Of a DNA stretch of 34,976 nt, positions 1-9,032 are shown piece by piece. The stretch covers positions 1-34,976 of the forward strand of contig JBGSOB010000111.1 in NCBI GenBank assembly GCA_041739325.1, read 5' to 3'. Position numbers and translations under genes: made by a program. Position 1 is the stretch's first letter; every line of letters starts with the position of its first letter. Under the pieces are notes generated by a model, which was not told the DNA's origin, ran no database searches, and saw nothing but the letters and a program-made list of their open reading frames with translations. The DNA comes from Treponematales bacterium (GTDB lineage Bacteria > Spirochaetota > Spirochaetia > Treponematales > JBGSOB01).

Positions 1-204
1 GGCCACGCCCGCGTCCAACAGATCCAGATCTACCGAGGGGAGCATGCCCCCGGTCATAACCAAGGCCATACCGCCTAGGTCTATGATCATCCCGGCCGTG
101 ATAGAGCCAGACCAGGGCCCGGCTTCAGCCTTGGAAAAAAAATCCGCCCAAGCGGAACCGAGGACCGTGAAGAAAACGAGGGCAACAATGAGTAAACGTT
201 TCAT
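1..204 (-). CDS. Secreted/exported protein, N-terminal part only; the gene runs off the window's 5' edge
   Basis: Reverse-strand ATG at 204 opens MKRLLIVALVFFTVLGSAWADFF..., a typical signal peptide. The frame stays open to position 1. The ORF is under 60 aa inside the window, so it is absent from the ORF track. Confidence 0.4.
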   Translation of the reverse strand, partial: MKRLLIVALVFFTVLGSAWADFFSKAEAGPWSGSITAGMIIDLGGMALVMTGGMLPSVDLDLLDAGVA

Positions 205-334
205 AGAGTGATTCTCCTTTGCCCTAGGTATAGCCCGGAATTAAAAAAAGACATTGTACGAAGGTACAATCGGGCGTAGTATGTGCCTTAGTTTTCCTAA
301 ACGCGCGGCCTTCAGGCCCTGCCGGGGGGTAATT

Positions 335-1276
335 ATGAAAGTACGCAAGCGTAAAATTAGATCAGGCCCTGCCTGGCTTGTCAGGGGCAGCCGTCTGGCA
401 GCCGGCCTCGCCCTTGTCTTCTGCCTGAGCGGCTGCGAGCCGCCCTATGACAAAGCCCTTGATTATCCAAGCTTTGGGGGAGAGGTCGAGCTGAGCATTT
501 CAGGCTATGGGCAGGACGCCATGGAGCCCTTTGTGAGCGCCGACGGGAGCCTTCTCTTTTTCAATAGCCTCAACGACGGAACGACGACGAGCCTGCACTG
601 GGCCGAGCGGAGCGCCGAGGGGGTCTACGACTACAAAGGAGAAATAGGCGGGGTAAACGGCAGCGGCGAGCACCTAGACGCGGTTGCCTCCATGGACGAC
701 GCAGGCGCTTTTTTTTGGGTAAGCACCCGCGACTGGCCGGCCGTGCTTGAAAACCTGCGCTGGGGTTCTTTCCATGGGGGGCAGGTTTCCGACGGGGCGG
801 CCGTCCAGGGGAATTTTTACCTTGCCGAACCCGGCTGGCTGGTCATGGACGCAGAGATAAGCCGTGACGGGGGAAGCCTCTTCTACGTCAATTCCCGCTT
901 TGATTCAGGCGGCCTCAAGGAAGCTAAGCTGGGCTTGGCCCTCAAGACGGCCGCAGGAAATTTTGCCGTCCACGGGCAGGCACAGAGCATCCTGTCGAAT
1001 CTACGCTACCCCGAGCACCTTGCCTACGCCCCCGCTACGAGCGCCGACGGCCTAGAGCTGTATTTTACCCGGGTGCGCAAGGGCAGCTTGGACACGAAAA
1101 TCTGCCTAGCCCTGCGCGGGAGCGCGGATGAAGCCTTTTCCCTTGCCAAGGTAATCGAGATTCCAGGCAAGCTCGTCGAAGCCCCCTGCATCAGCCCGGA
1201 CGGGTCGGTTCTGTATTACCATAAAAAGGCCGCCGACGGCCGCTACCATATCTACAGCATGAGGAGGTTGCCATGA
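335..1276 (+). CDS. TolB-like periplasmic beta-propeller lipoprotein with PD40/WD40-like repeats
   Basis: The internal ATG at 335 is preceded by a GGGGGG RBS. Signal peptide plus lipobox LSGC. PD40-like repeats recur: SADGSLLFFNS, SRDGGSLFYVNS, SADGLELYFT, SPDGSVLYY. The first 27 codons of the ORF track entry are upstream read-through. Confidence 0.65.
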   Translation: MKVRKRKIRSGPAWLVRGSRLAAGLALVFCLSGCEPPYDKALDYPSFGGEVELSISGYGQDAMEPFVSADGSLLFFNSLNDGTTTSLHWAERSAEGVYDYKGEIGGVNGSGEHLDAVASMDDAGAFFWVSTRDWPAVLENLRWGSFHGGQVSDGAAVQGNFYLAEPGWLVMDAEISRDGGSLFYVNSRFDSGGLKEAKLGLALKTAAGNFAVHGQAQSILSNLRYPEHLAYAPATSADGLELYFTRVRKGSLDTKICLALRGSADEAFSLAKVIEIPGKLVEAPCISPDGSVLYYHKKAADGRYHIYSMRRLP

Positions 1277-1968
1277 GCTGTCCCCTGATTCCCTCCGGTC
1301 ACCCCGAAGACCCGCAAACGATAAGCTTTAAGACTATGCGCAAGGCGGTAGGCATCTTGGGCCTAGCCCTGCCCCCAGTCTTAATTCTTGGGGCCCTTAT
1401 CAGCGGGCCTTGCCGCGTCTTCTTGGATTCCCTCTCCGCCTACTATCACGGGGTTATGCGCGACTTCTTTGTGGGCATCCTCTGCGCGGTAGCCCTCTTT
1501 TTGTTTAGCTACAAGGGCTACGACTGGAAGGACTTTTGGGCAAACAAGATCGCTTTTATAGGTGCCCTGGGCATAGCCCTTTTCCCCACAACCTTTCTTG
1601 ACCCGCCGCCTGCTTGCCTGCGCCTGCCCCTGGAAACCAACGAGCTCAAGGGCATCCTGCACTTGGTTTTCGCTTTTGTTTTCTTCCTCGATATCGGACT
1701 CATGAGCCTCTGCCTCTTTGTGCAAACCGACCCTAAGAAGCGCAAAAAAGTGACAAAGCAAAAACACTGGCGCAATAAGTTTTACCGCGGTTGCGGCATC
1801 ACCATTTTAACCTCGCTGGGCTTACTTGTTGCCTACGGGGCCGTCGCGCGCTTTACGAGCTTCCGCCTGTGGTGGTTCGTTCCCGCGCTTGAGAGCATAG
1901 CCCTCTGGGCCTTCGGCATCTCCTGGCTTGTAAAGGGAGACGCGGTCAAGGTCCTGCGCGACAGCTAG
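1273..1968 (+). CDS. Multi-pass integral membrane protein of unknown function
   Basis: Its start overlaps the upstream stop (ATGA), and a GAGGAGG RBS lies 5 nt upstream, suggesting translational coupling. Several hydrophobic helices. No recognisable catalytic motif. Confidence 0.5.
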   Translation: MSCPLIPSGHPEDPQTISFKTMRKAVGILGLALPPVLILGALISGPCRVFLDSLSAYYHGVMRDFFVGILCAVALFLFSYKGYDWKDFWANKIAFIGALGIALFPTTFLDPPPACLRLPLETNELKGILHLVFAFVFFLDIGLMSLCLFVQTDPKKRKKVTKQKHWRNKFYRGCGITILTSLGLLVAYGAVARFTSFRLWWFVPALESIALWAFGISWLVKGDAVKVLRDS

Positions 1969-1986
1969 AAAAGAAGATGAAGAGCA

Positions 1987-2030
1987 TGCGGGAGAAAAAC
2001 CTTCTTAAGAAGAAGGTTTCTCCCCCGCGC
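1987..2030. terminator. GC-rich hairpin between convergent genes, lacking a U-tract (terminator-like)
   Basis: GCGGGAGAAAAACCTTCTT-AAG-AAGAAGGTTTCTCCCCCGCGC forms a long inverted repeat. A related hairpin motif recurs at 8977-9007. Confidence 0.3.
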
Positions 2031-2337
2031 CCGGCGCTCAGCCAATAACCCTTGTACTCTAAGATCTTGCTAGGGCTGAGCGCACTTCCAAGAAAGATAA
2101 AGCGTAATTTCCATTAAAAAGATAAGCTAGCTAGGGCTCCCAGCGATCAACCACGCGGCTTAAGGCGGTAATCTCAAAGGCTTCGGCAAAGGCGCGGAAG
2201 AGATCGTGCTTTTCCTTTTGGAAGTTTTCCAAACCTAGACGTGAAAAGCGCCGCGCTTCTTCAATAAAGAGCGCTTCCTGACTTTCCCTCGCTATGTCCC
2301 AGGCTTTCAGAACCCGCTCTTTACAAGCATAGAGGAG

Positions 2338-3864
2338 TTAGCGCGTAGGGAGCTTTGCCAGCTTTTTACCGTTTACCGACTCGTCCGAAGGAAGCAAATT
2401 CCAGAGGTCGTTGTTGTGCCAGAGGGCGTAGGGGAGGGCATGGTCGATCTCCAGCGACTTTATCTTCATGCCAGTCCACACACAGCCCAGGCCCTGGCTC
2501 AAGTAGGGCCGATACATGTCGCTTGCCAGCACGGTGCTGCGTTCGGGAAAGAGTTCTTGATCTAAGAGATTGATCATCCCTCCCTTTTCTATGCCCGGGC
2601 TTTGTTTAGGCAACTCCGCCGTATAGCCCGCCCAGTTTAGGATGAGGGAGTCCCGTATCCAGGGGCCTAAGAGGCAAAACTCTTTCCAGAGTTTTGAGCC
2701 CATGCAGAGGAGGCTGCCCTTCATGGAAAAAAGGGGGCCGCCAAGACGGGCGTTCGATTTTCCCGAGTAGACAACCGGGCCGTTTATGATGGCGCTACGG
2801 ATTTTTTCAAAGACGAGCGCCGCTGTCTTTAATTTTTCCCCACTCATACTGCCTGAACGCAAAGCGGAAAAAAAGGGAGAGCGGCCCATCGCGCCGCCCC
2901 ATTCGTCGATAAGGGTTTTTAGCTGGTTGCGGAAGATGATGTCCTGCCGGTTTTCTTGCTTGGGCCCTTGGAGTATGCCGCGGGCATCGGCGACAAGGGG
3001 CCAGTAGTATTCAAGCCATTTTTCTACGATGAGTTTTATGTCTATGCCTACCCTGTCGTCCGGCAACCAGACGGCGTTGCGGTAGCTTGTCATGGCTATC
3101 TCCGCCAAGGCGCGCAGGAGGGCAAACTTGTAGCTGGTGGTTTTAACGTCATTTCGAATAATCGACTCTATCTTTTCCAGCGGCCGCAGCTCCTGCCCAC
3201 CCGCCTCCTTCCTAAAGACAAGGGATTCCCAGCTTATGCCGGGACGGCTAAAGCCGTCGGAGTGCTTTGCGCTGTCGATAAGGCGGTAGCCTAGGCGGGA
3301 GAGGTGGAAATCGTAGGCGGAGCCGGGCCGCAGGCAAAAAAGGCGGCCGTCGGGGTCGCGGGGCAGGCCGTCGGGGCCGGGGGAGAGCCCTGCGTAGCTA
3401 CAAGGATGGACGATGATAATGGTGCCGCCCTCCGCCACAAGGCGGTGGAGGGAAAAAAGGCTGTCAAAGAGTTCGTTTTCTTGAATGTGTTGAACGACGG
3501 CGGAAAGGAGGATTGCCGCAAAGCCGCCCTCCTTGAGAAAGGGGGCCTTAGCGAGGTCTAGCTCAGGCAGACAGCCCTCCGCGAGGCGCTCCGGGCCGAG
3601 GGAAAAGCGGGCGGCGGCTTGGGCGCGCATAGCCGCGGCGGGTTCTATCCCATAGGAGTCGTAGCCTCCCTCAATGAGGGCGGCTATGTCCCGGCCGCTA
3701 CCGGCGCCAATGTCGAGGATACGGGTTTTAGGCTTTTCCGGGCCTACAGCCGCGCCGGGTAGAAACCGCTGGATTAGTTCGACTGCCGCAGAGGGTCTGA
3801 CCCCATAGAGTGCGGCTTTTTCCGCGGCATGGCTTTCGTAGACTGACGAAGTGAGGGCATCCAT
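2338..3864 (-). CDS. Three-part fusion protein: N-terminal class-I SAM methyltransferase, central domain of unknown function, C-terminal HNH/DUF1524-type nuclease
   Basis: ILDIGAGSGRDIAAL is a Rossmann SAM-binding motif I. No DPPY/NPPF or PCQ DNA-methyltransferase motifs are present. The C-terminus EIDHALPYALWHNNDLWNLLPSDESVNGKK fits the HNH/DUF1524 pattern (DH..P ... N..LLP ... N..K). The RBS is weak. Confidence 0.65.
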   Translation of the reverse strand: MDALTSSVYESHAAEKAALYGVRPSAAVELIQRFLPGAAVGPEKPKTRILDIGAGSGRDIAALIEGGYDSYGIEPAAAMRAQAAARFSLGPERLAEGCLPELDLAKAPFLKEGGFAAILLSAVVQHIQENELFDSLFSLHRLVAEGGTIIIVHPCSYAGLSPGPDGLPRDPDGRLFCLRPGSAYDFHLSRLGYRLIDSAKHSDGFSRPGISWESLVFRKEAGGQELRPLEKIESIIRNDVKTTSYKFALLRALAEIAMTSYRNAVWLPDDRVGIDIKLIVEKWLEYYWPLVADARGILQGPKQENRQDIIFRNQLKTLIDEWGGAMGRSPFFSALRSGSMSGEKLKTAALVFEKIRSAIINGPVVYSGKSNARLGGPLFSMKGSLLCMGSKLWKEFCLLGPWIRDSLILNWAGYTAELPKQSPGIEKGGMINLLDQELFPERSTVLASDMYRPYLSQGLGCVWTGMKIKSLEIDHALPYALWHNNDLWNLLPSDESVNGKKLAKLPTR

Positions 3865-3964
3865 GGGGAGAGTATTGCGGAATTCGCCCCCGGGCGCTAG
3901 AGCTTTTTTTCTCCACCCCTATTCCAGCGTCTCATTCAGCGCTACCTTAGGGACGGAGGCTTCT

Positions 3965-4309
3965 ATGAAGAAAACCATTGCTCTTGCCCTTATCGCCCTC
4001 TTCGTTCTTTCCTTTGCCCTAGCGTCCTGCGCCCCAGGGCCCAACCCCTTAAAGGGTAGCGCCGTGGAACTTACGGACGACTCTCCCTCGCCAACGAAGC
4101 CCGCCGGTTTTTGGCAGGGACTCTGGCATGGTATGATAGCTCCCATTACCTTCGTCGTTTCCCTCTTTAACAAGGCCGTCAACGTCTACGAAGTGCGCAA
4201 CTCAGGCAATTGGTATAACTTCGGCTTTATCATCGGCGTGTCGATAGCCTTCGGCGGAAGCGCCGGCGGAGCGGCTGGGGCTCGCAGACGGAGAATGCGC
4301 GGGGAATAA
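3965..4309 (+). CDS. Small lipoprotein with a Gly/Ala-rich, Arg-rich C-terminus
   Basis: Internal ATG at 3965 with a GGAGG RBS. MKKTIALALIALFVLSFALASC carries a signal peptide and lipobox LASC. The upstream part of the ORF track entry is read-through. Confidence 0.55.
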   Translation: MKKTIALALIALFVLSFALASCAPGPNPLKGSAVELTDDSPSPTKPAGFWQGLWHGMIAPITFVVSLFNKAVNVYEVRNSGNWYNFGFIIGVSIAFGGSAGGAAGARRRRMRGE

Positions 4310-4428
4310 CAGCCCGCCATGACGCTACCGGGTGGGCGCGGGAGGGCGGGAGCCCTCACGCTTAAAAGCTTAAATGAATGAAGAGTGACCCTAGAGCGGG
4401 AGAGCCCTCCCGCTTGGGAGACTCTCGT

Positions 4429-5385
4429 TTAGCCCTTGCGCGAGAACCAGGGTATGATGGCCGAAACCCTTTTTTGATAGGCCTTGTAATGCGGGTACTT
4501 AGATGCCGTTATACCCTCGGTAAAGATGGTAGAGCCCGCAAAAAGGGCACTCAGCACGAGGGGGCCGGAAAGGCTCCAATCGAGGAAGCCCCCTGAAAGA
4601 CCAGAAACACCAAGGTAGAGGGCCCACCAGGTTAAGAGTTCCCCAAAGTAGTTGGGATGGCGGCTGGCGGCAAAGAGGCCAGAGCTGCGGAAGCCGCGTT
4701 GGATATCCTCTTCATAGCCGGTAGGAACCGGTTTGCCCTCTTTAAAAAGCCGCTTTGCCTCTTGGAAGTCCCACTGTTGGCGGTCAGCTATGCTTTCATA
4801 GAGGATGGCCGCCACCATGAGCCCTAAGCCCAGAATGTAGAGGCTGAGGTTTAGGCTTTTTGGCGCGGCTTGCTCGAGCGCAGCCAGGCGCGCGAGGGGC
4901 ATGGTAAAGAGGACGAATAAGCCCACTTGAAAGAGGGATATGAAACCCAGATTGAAGGCCTGCCAGGCAAGCTGATTTTTTATGCGGCTCCGCAGGATGG
5001 ACCAGCGGTAGTCTTCCGTTCCGCTATAGCCGCCCTTCATGGCGAAATTCCACGTGAGGCGTAGGCCCCAGAGGCTCACCAAGGATGAAGCCGCTATCAG
5101 GGCCGGGCTCCACGCGCCCCGCCAGGCGTAGAACCAGGCAAAGCCGATGGGCAGGGTGGACCAGAGCCTGTCTACCCAGGAATAATCCCCGGAGATGAGG
5201 CCGGCGAGGAAGCTTGTCAGGGCAAAGCCTAGAGCCCAGAGTGCGACCACCGCCAAGGGATTGGCAGATTGAAGAAGTGAGACTGCCGCGCTCGGCATGA
5301 CGCTCAAGGCGGCTCCAGACGCAAGGCAGAGGATGATGAAGCTGGCCGCAAAGGCGGCGCAAACAAAAAGAAGGAACTTCCACAT
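4429..5385 (-). CDS. DUF1295 / isoprenylcysteine-carboxyl-methyltransferase-like (steroid 5-alpha-reductase fold) integral membrane protein
   Basis: Multi-pass membrane protein. The C-terminal motif SRHPNYFGELLTWWALYL (HPNYFGE) is characteristic of the DUF1295/ICMT/PEMT family. Confidence 0.6.
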   Translation of the reverse strand: MWKFLLFVCAAFAASFIILCLASGAALSVMPSAAVSLLQSANPLAVVALWALGFALTSFLAGLISGDYSWVDRLWSTLPIGFAWFYAWRGAWSPALIAASSLVSLWGLRLTWNFAMKGGYSGTEDYRWSILRSRIKNQLAWQAFNLGFISLFQVGLFVLFTMPLARLAALEQAAPKSLNLSLYILGLGLMVAAILYESIADRQQWDFQEAKRLFKEGKPVPTGYEEDIQRGFRSSGLFAASRHPNYFGELLTWWALYLGVSGLSGGFLDWSLSGPLVLSALFAGSTIFTEGITASKYPHYKAYQKRVSAIIPWFSRKG

Positions 5386-5545
5386 GGCAGTACTGTAGAT
5401 CGGAAAATAAAAATTGCCAAGAAAAAAGAGAGCAATGGAAAAAGAGAGTCGGTAGATGAATAATCCCTCATGAAAAGTGTGGCGAGAATCATTTAGCTAT
5501 GCGGATGATCAGACCTGGGTTAGAATTAGCCTATTGGGGGTTATA

Positions 5546-6064
5546 ATGATGAATCTAGAAACCATACGGCTTCTAGCAGCCTATAACGGCAAGGCCAATG
5601 AGGGTATGAACGAAATCATTTCTGGTTTGTCGTTGGGGGAGTGGAATAGGGTTTTTCATGGTTATTTCCCCTCAATCCATAGTCTTTGTTCCCATATTTT
5701 TATAGGCGACATACTCTGGCTCCATCGTATTGAGAGCCTGCGCTCCTTTTCTTTTTCTAAAGATGCGCTTTTAGCAAAAGCCTATTCCTTTAGCGACGAT
5801 CCCTTTCCCTCGCTGGAATTATATCTTGAGATGAGGCCGGCCTTGGATGATGTTTTTCTACGTCTTTCGCGAGAGCTGAGCGCGGCTGAGCTAAAGCAAA
5901 ATCTTTTCTATACCAATATTAGGGGCGAGACTCAAAGCCGCAACCTGGGTGGCCTTCTTGTTCACGTTTTCAATCACCAGACCCACCATCGTGGCATGAT
6001 ATCCCTCTACCTCGAATTTCTGGGACGGGAAAATGATTTTAGCAATCTTTATACCATGGTGTAG
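5546..6064 (+). CDS. DinB-family (DinB_2-like) four-helix-bundle metal-binding protein
   Basis: NHQTHHRGMISLY matches the H...HRGQ-type His motif of the DinB superfamily. Likely start MMNLETIRLL at 5546. Confidence 0.55.
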   Translation: MMNLETIRLLAAYNGKANEGMNEIISGLSLGEWNRVFHGYFPSIHSLCSHIFIGDILWLHRIESLRSFSFSKDALLAKAYSFSDDPFPSLELYLEMRPALDDVFLRLSRELSAAELKQNLFYTNIRGETQSRNLGGLLVHVFNHQTHHRGMISLYLEFLGRENDFSNLYTMV

Positions 6065-6150
6065 ATTTTGAGAAGGCGCATCTTGAGGGATAGCGTATTT
6101 TTGGGCTTCGAGAGAAAATTGAAGGAGAAAGAATTTTTTCTTTGAAAATT

Positions 6151-6179
6151 TTGACAACTAGAATATTCCGCGATATCAT
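6151..6179 (+). promoter_or_regulatory. Sigma70-type promoter upstream of the inactivated lectin gene
   Basis: TTGACA (6151-6156), a 17-nt spacer, then TATCAT (6174-6179). A GGAGGG RBS sits at 6207-6212 before the ATG at 6216. Confidence 0.4.
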
Positions 6180-6215
6180 CCCGGTTGAATCTATCCAGAA
6201 ACGTCGGAGGGTCCC

Positions 6216-7422
6216 ATGCCTACGCCTAAGAAAACCTTGGGTATAATCGGTATTATTGCCATTACAAGCGTATTATTTCTTGCCTGCCCCGTATCTCCAG
6301 GGGAGTTTGTCCAGCCTACCCCCGAGCCGACCCCAGTTCCTACGCCCGTGCCGCAACCAACGCCCACGCCTCTTGTGCTCGTATTCCAGGTTGAGAAGGA
6401 ATCTGTTATAGACACAAGCTTGGCAGGGCAGGCCACTGCCCAGGCAGGAATTCCGCTTGCTATCGAGGCTGCTGAGCTTACGGGGCATGTCTTTGCTCGC
6501 TGGACGGTAGTCAGCGGTTCGAACGTCACTATCGCCAATGTTTTTTCCGCAAAAAACCATGGCTACTTTGGGCGCAGACGCCACCCTTAAGGCTGTCTAC
6601 CGAACGGCTTATCTCAACCCCTTTAATGGGCATTCTTACAAGCTTATAGCGACAACGCGGACCTGGGCGGAAGCGCGGGCGGACTGCGAAGCCATGGGTG
6701 GCTACCTTGTGACAGTCACCTCCCTTGAAGAAAAAAACTTTGTAACGATGGTGCTTTCAACTCAAGCAACTCCAAGCTTTTGGTATGGGGCTTTCCAGCC
6801 CCAGCCAGAAGTGGCTCCTTCCGCAAATTGGCAGTGGGTGACAGGAGAGCCGTGGAGCTATACTAACTGGAATAGTGGTGAACCGACTAACAGTGCAGGC
6901 AATGAACACTTTCTTGCTACAGTGAGCACAGGCGGTGTATGGAACGATTATCCTGGCACTACGCTCTTGGGTTATATTTGTGAATGGGGCTGGGAGGACA
7001 GCTATCTACCTAAGTCGAGTTATGAAGGCCATCGCTATAGCTTTATAGACCTCAGTATGACTTGGGAACAAGCCGATGATTACGCAAAACAGCTTGGGGC
7101 TAAACTCGCTTCAGTCAACTCCGCAGCTGAATCTGAATTTATCCTTTCCATGATAGCTGGCGGAACACGGAGCTAGTATTGGCTTGGAGGCTATCAAAAT
7201 GGTAGCCCGGCAAATCCGGCCTTGGATTGGTACTGGGACGATAATAATGATGAAGTCGTGGATGTGCCCATAAACAGCGCTGGCTATCAGAATTGGGTTT
7301 CCGGCCAGCCGAATGATCTTCCCTCTGGGGCGAACCGTCTTGTACTGAGAAAGTCCGATGGTCAGTGGCTTGATGAGGTGAACAGCCCCAGCGTGCCCAC
7401 GGGCATCATACTCGAGTGGTAA
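6216..7422 (+). pseudogene. Inactivated paralog of the tandem C-type-lectin-domain lipoprotein (one frameshift plus one in-frame TAG)
   Basis: Three ORF-track pieces (6216-6590, 6538-7176, 7222-7422) align collinearly with the intact paralog at 7482-8678. The frame shifts in the A6 run near 6553-6558. At 7174-7176 an in-frame TAG sits where the paralog has Tyr (TRS*YWLGG vs TRNYYWLGA). The N-terminus carries lipobox FLAC. Confidence 0.6.
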
Positions 7423-7481
7423 AACGCGAAGGATAGATAGCAGTCGTCATATTATATGTGAAGGTTCTTTGGAGGAATAGC

Positions 7482-8678
7482 ATGAGTATCGCCCGTGAAA
7501 AAATGATAGTTCTTGGACTTGGTTTTATTATTTCTTTAGTTTTGACGGCCTGTCCCCCGGTTGATGAGCTTGATTTGGAGCCAACGCCAAGCCCGACGCC
7601 GACTCTGGAACCAAGCCCCAGCCCCAGCCCAGTGCCTTACCAGCTGAGCATTCAGGTGAAGATTGAGGGAGTAGTAGACGCAGGTCGCGCTAGCCAAGTG
7701 GCTGTCCCCGTGGGCCAAGAAGCGCAAATCCGGGCATTAGCCATTAGTGGGAACATCTTTTGCCGTTGGGAAATTCTCAGCGGGGCAGGTGCCTCTATCA
7801 TGGATCCCTTTGCCGCTCAAACAAGCCTCAGTATTCAGGCGGACACAGTGCTTACGGCTGTCTATGTCAATGCCTACTATAACGCCTTTAATGGCCACTC
7901 TTACAAGTTGGTAAATGGAGCTCAAACCTGGGTCCAAGCCCAGGCGGCTTGCGCGGCTATGGGCGGGCACCTTGTAGCCATAGCCAACGCCGAAGAGCAG
8001 AGTTTTGTAAACCTTCTTTTGAACCGGCCAGAGGCGAGCGGGACCCAGTATTGGTATGGGGGCTTTCAGCCCCTGACGAGTAATGAACCTCTTGGAAATT
8101 GGCAGTGGGTGAGCGGTGAGCCTTTGACCTGGGGGAATTGGTCCGCAAGTCAGCCTGACAACGTGGGCGGTGAGCACTATATGCACTCAGCAGATAAGAC
8201 TGGTACCTGGAACGATAATACGGCTGTAGCGACGTTGGGCGGCTATATCTGCGAATGGGGCAATGAAACGAGCTATATTCAAAAGGTAAAATTCGGCGGC
8301 CATCGCTATGCCTATTCTGACCTTCAGATGACTTGGGATCAGGCAAAAGACTATGCGGAAAAGCTGGGTGGGCGGCTTGCGATAATCAGCTCGCAAGCGG
8401 AAAACGATTTTGTTTACTCTCTTATCGGGCCGAGTGTAGGCACGCGAAATTATTATTGGCTAGGTGCGCGGCAGATAGGGGTTTTGGAAAATACCGAGGG
8501 TTGGGAGTGGCTCAACGGTAATTCTCTTTCCAGTACCCTGGTTTTCCGAAATTGGGGGACTGCCCAACCCGACGGGGCTAATACCGGAACAAATAAATTG
8601 ATGATTTCCCGTTCCGAGGGTACGTGGTTTGATGAAGTAGGTAGCAATCTTAATGGCATTCTCATTGAATGGGAATGA
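7482..8678 (+). CDS. Lipoprotein with a Pro/Thr/Ser linker, a beta-rich domain and two tandem canonical C-type lectin domains (CTLDs)
   Basis: ATG at 7482 with a GGAGGA RBS, lipobox LTAC. Each CTLD shows the full W..A...C...GG.LA.I....E..F....W.G....W.WV.GEP...NW...QPD....EH.....G.WND....GYICEW pattern. QPD and WND Ca/sugar-binding motifs are present. Confidence 0.75.
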   Translation: MSIAREKMIVLGLGFIISLVLTACPPVDELDLEPTPSPTPTLEPSPSPSPVPYQLSIQVKIEGVVDAGRASQVAVPVGQEAQIRALAISGNIFCRWEILSGAGASIMDPFAAQTSLSIQADTVLTAVYVNAYYNAFNGHSYKLVNGAQTWVQAQAACAAMGGHLVAIANAEEQSFVNLLLNRPEASGTQYWYGGFQPLTSNEPLGNWQWVSGEPLTWGNWSASQPDNVGGEHYMHSADKTGTWNDNTAVATLGGYICEWGNETSYIQKVKFGGHRYAYSDLQMTWDQAKDYAEKLGGRLAIISSQAENDFVYSLIGPSVGTRNYYWLGARQIGVLENTEGWEWLNGNSLSSTLVFRNWGTAQPDGANTGTNKLMISRSEGTWFDEVGSNLNGILIEWE

Positions 8679-8700
8679 AGTCCTACTATCCGGATGAACG

Positions 8701-8731
8701 AAGGTCTCCCTAGCTGGGAGGCCTTTTTTTT
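8701..8731 (+). terminator. Rho-independent terminator after the lectin gene
   Basis: AGGTCTCCC-tagct-GGGAGGCCT stem-loop followed by T8. Confidence 0.6.
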
Positions 8732-8976
8732 AAGTGTGGTAGGGAGTGGAATAGTGCTATGAACTGTAAGTGCACGAAGAGTCTGAAAGGTGATTCATAA
8801 GCGATCGGCTAGGGTGTGCATCTAGAAGTGGAATATGATGAAAGCCTTAGAAAAACGCTGGCTCCACGAACGGGAAGCCATAAAAGAAATAGAGGCGTCG
8901 AACAAGATGGCAAAATTACCTAAAAGCCAATACCCGCAGGGACAGCGCAAGAGGCCCTCTTGAAGGGATGAGGGGG

Positions 8977-9007
8977 CGCGGGGGAGAAACCGTAGGTTTT
9001 TCTCCCG
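8977..9007. repeat. GGGAGAAA...TTTCTCCC hairpin, a second copy of the motif seen at 1987-2030
   Basis: GCGGGGGAGAAACC-gtagg-TTTTTCTCCCGC. It lies just downstream of the minus-strand gene ending at 9033. Confidence 0.3.
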
Positions 9008-9032
9008 CATATTCCTAGGAGGGGATGCTTGC

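Noticed and set aside
6216-8678. Diversity-generating retroelement targeting the C-type lectin domains
   Set aside because: No reverse transcriptase gene, and no template repeat resembling the CTLD C-termini, is present anywhere in the window.
8822-9010. 62-aa minus-strand ORF
   Set aside because: It spans the GGGAGAAA...TTTCTCCC hairpin just downstream of the 9033 gene stop and has no RBS. Likely non-coding.
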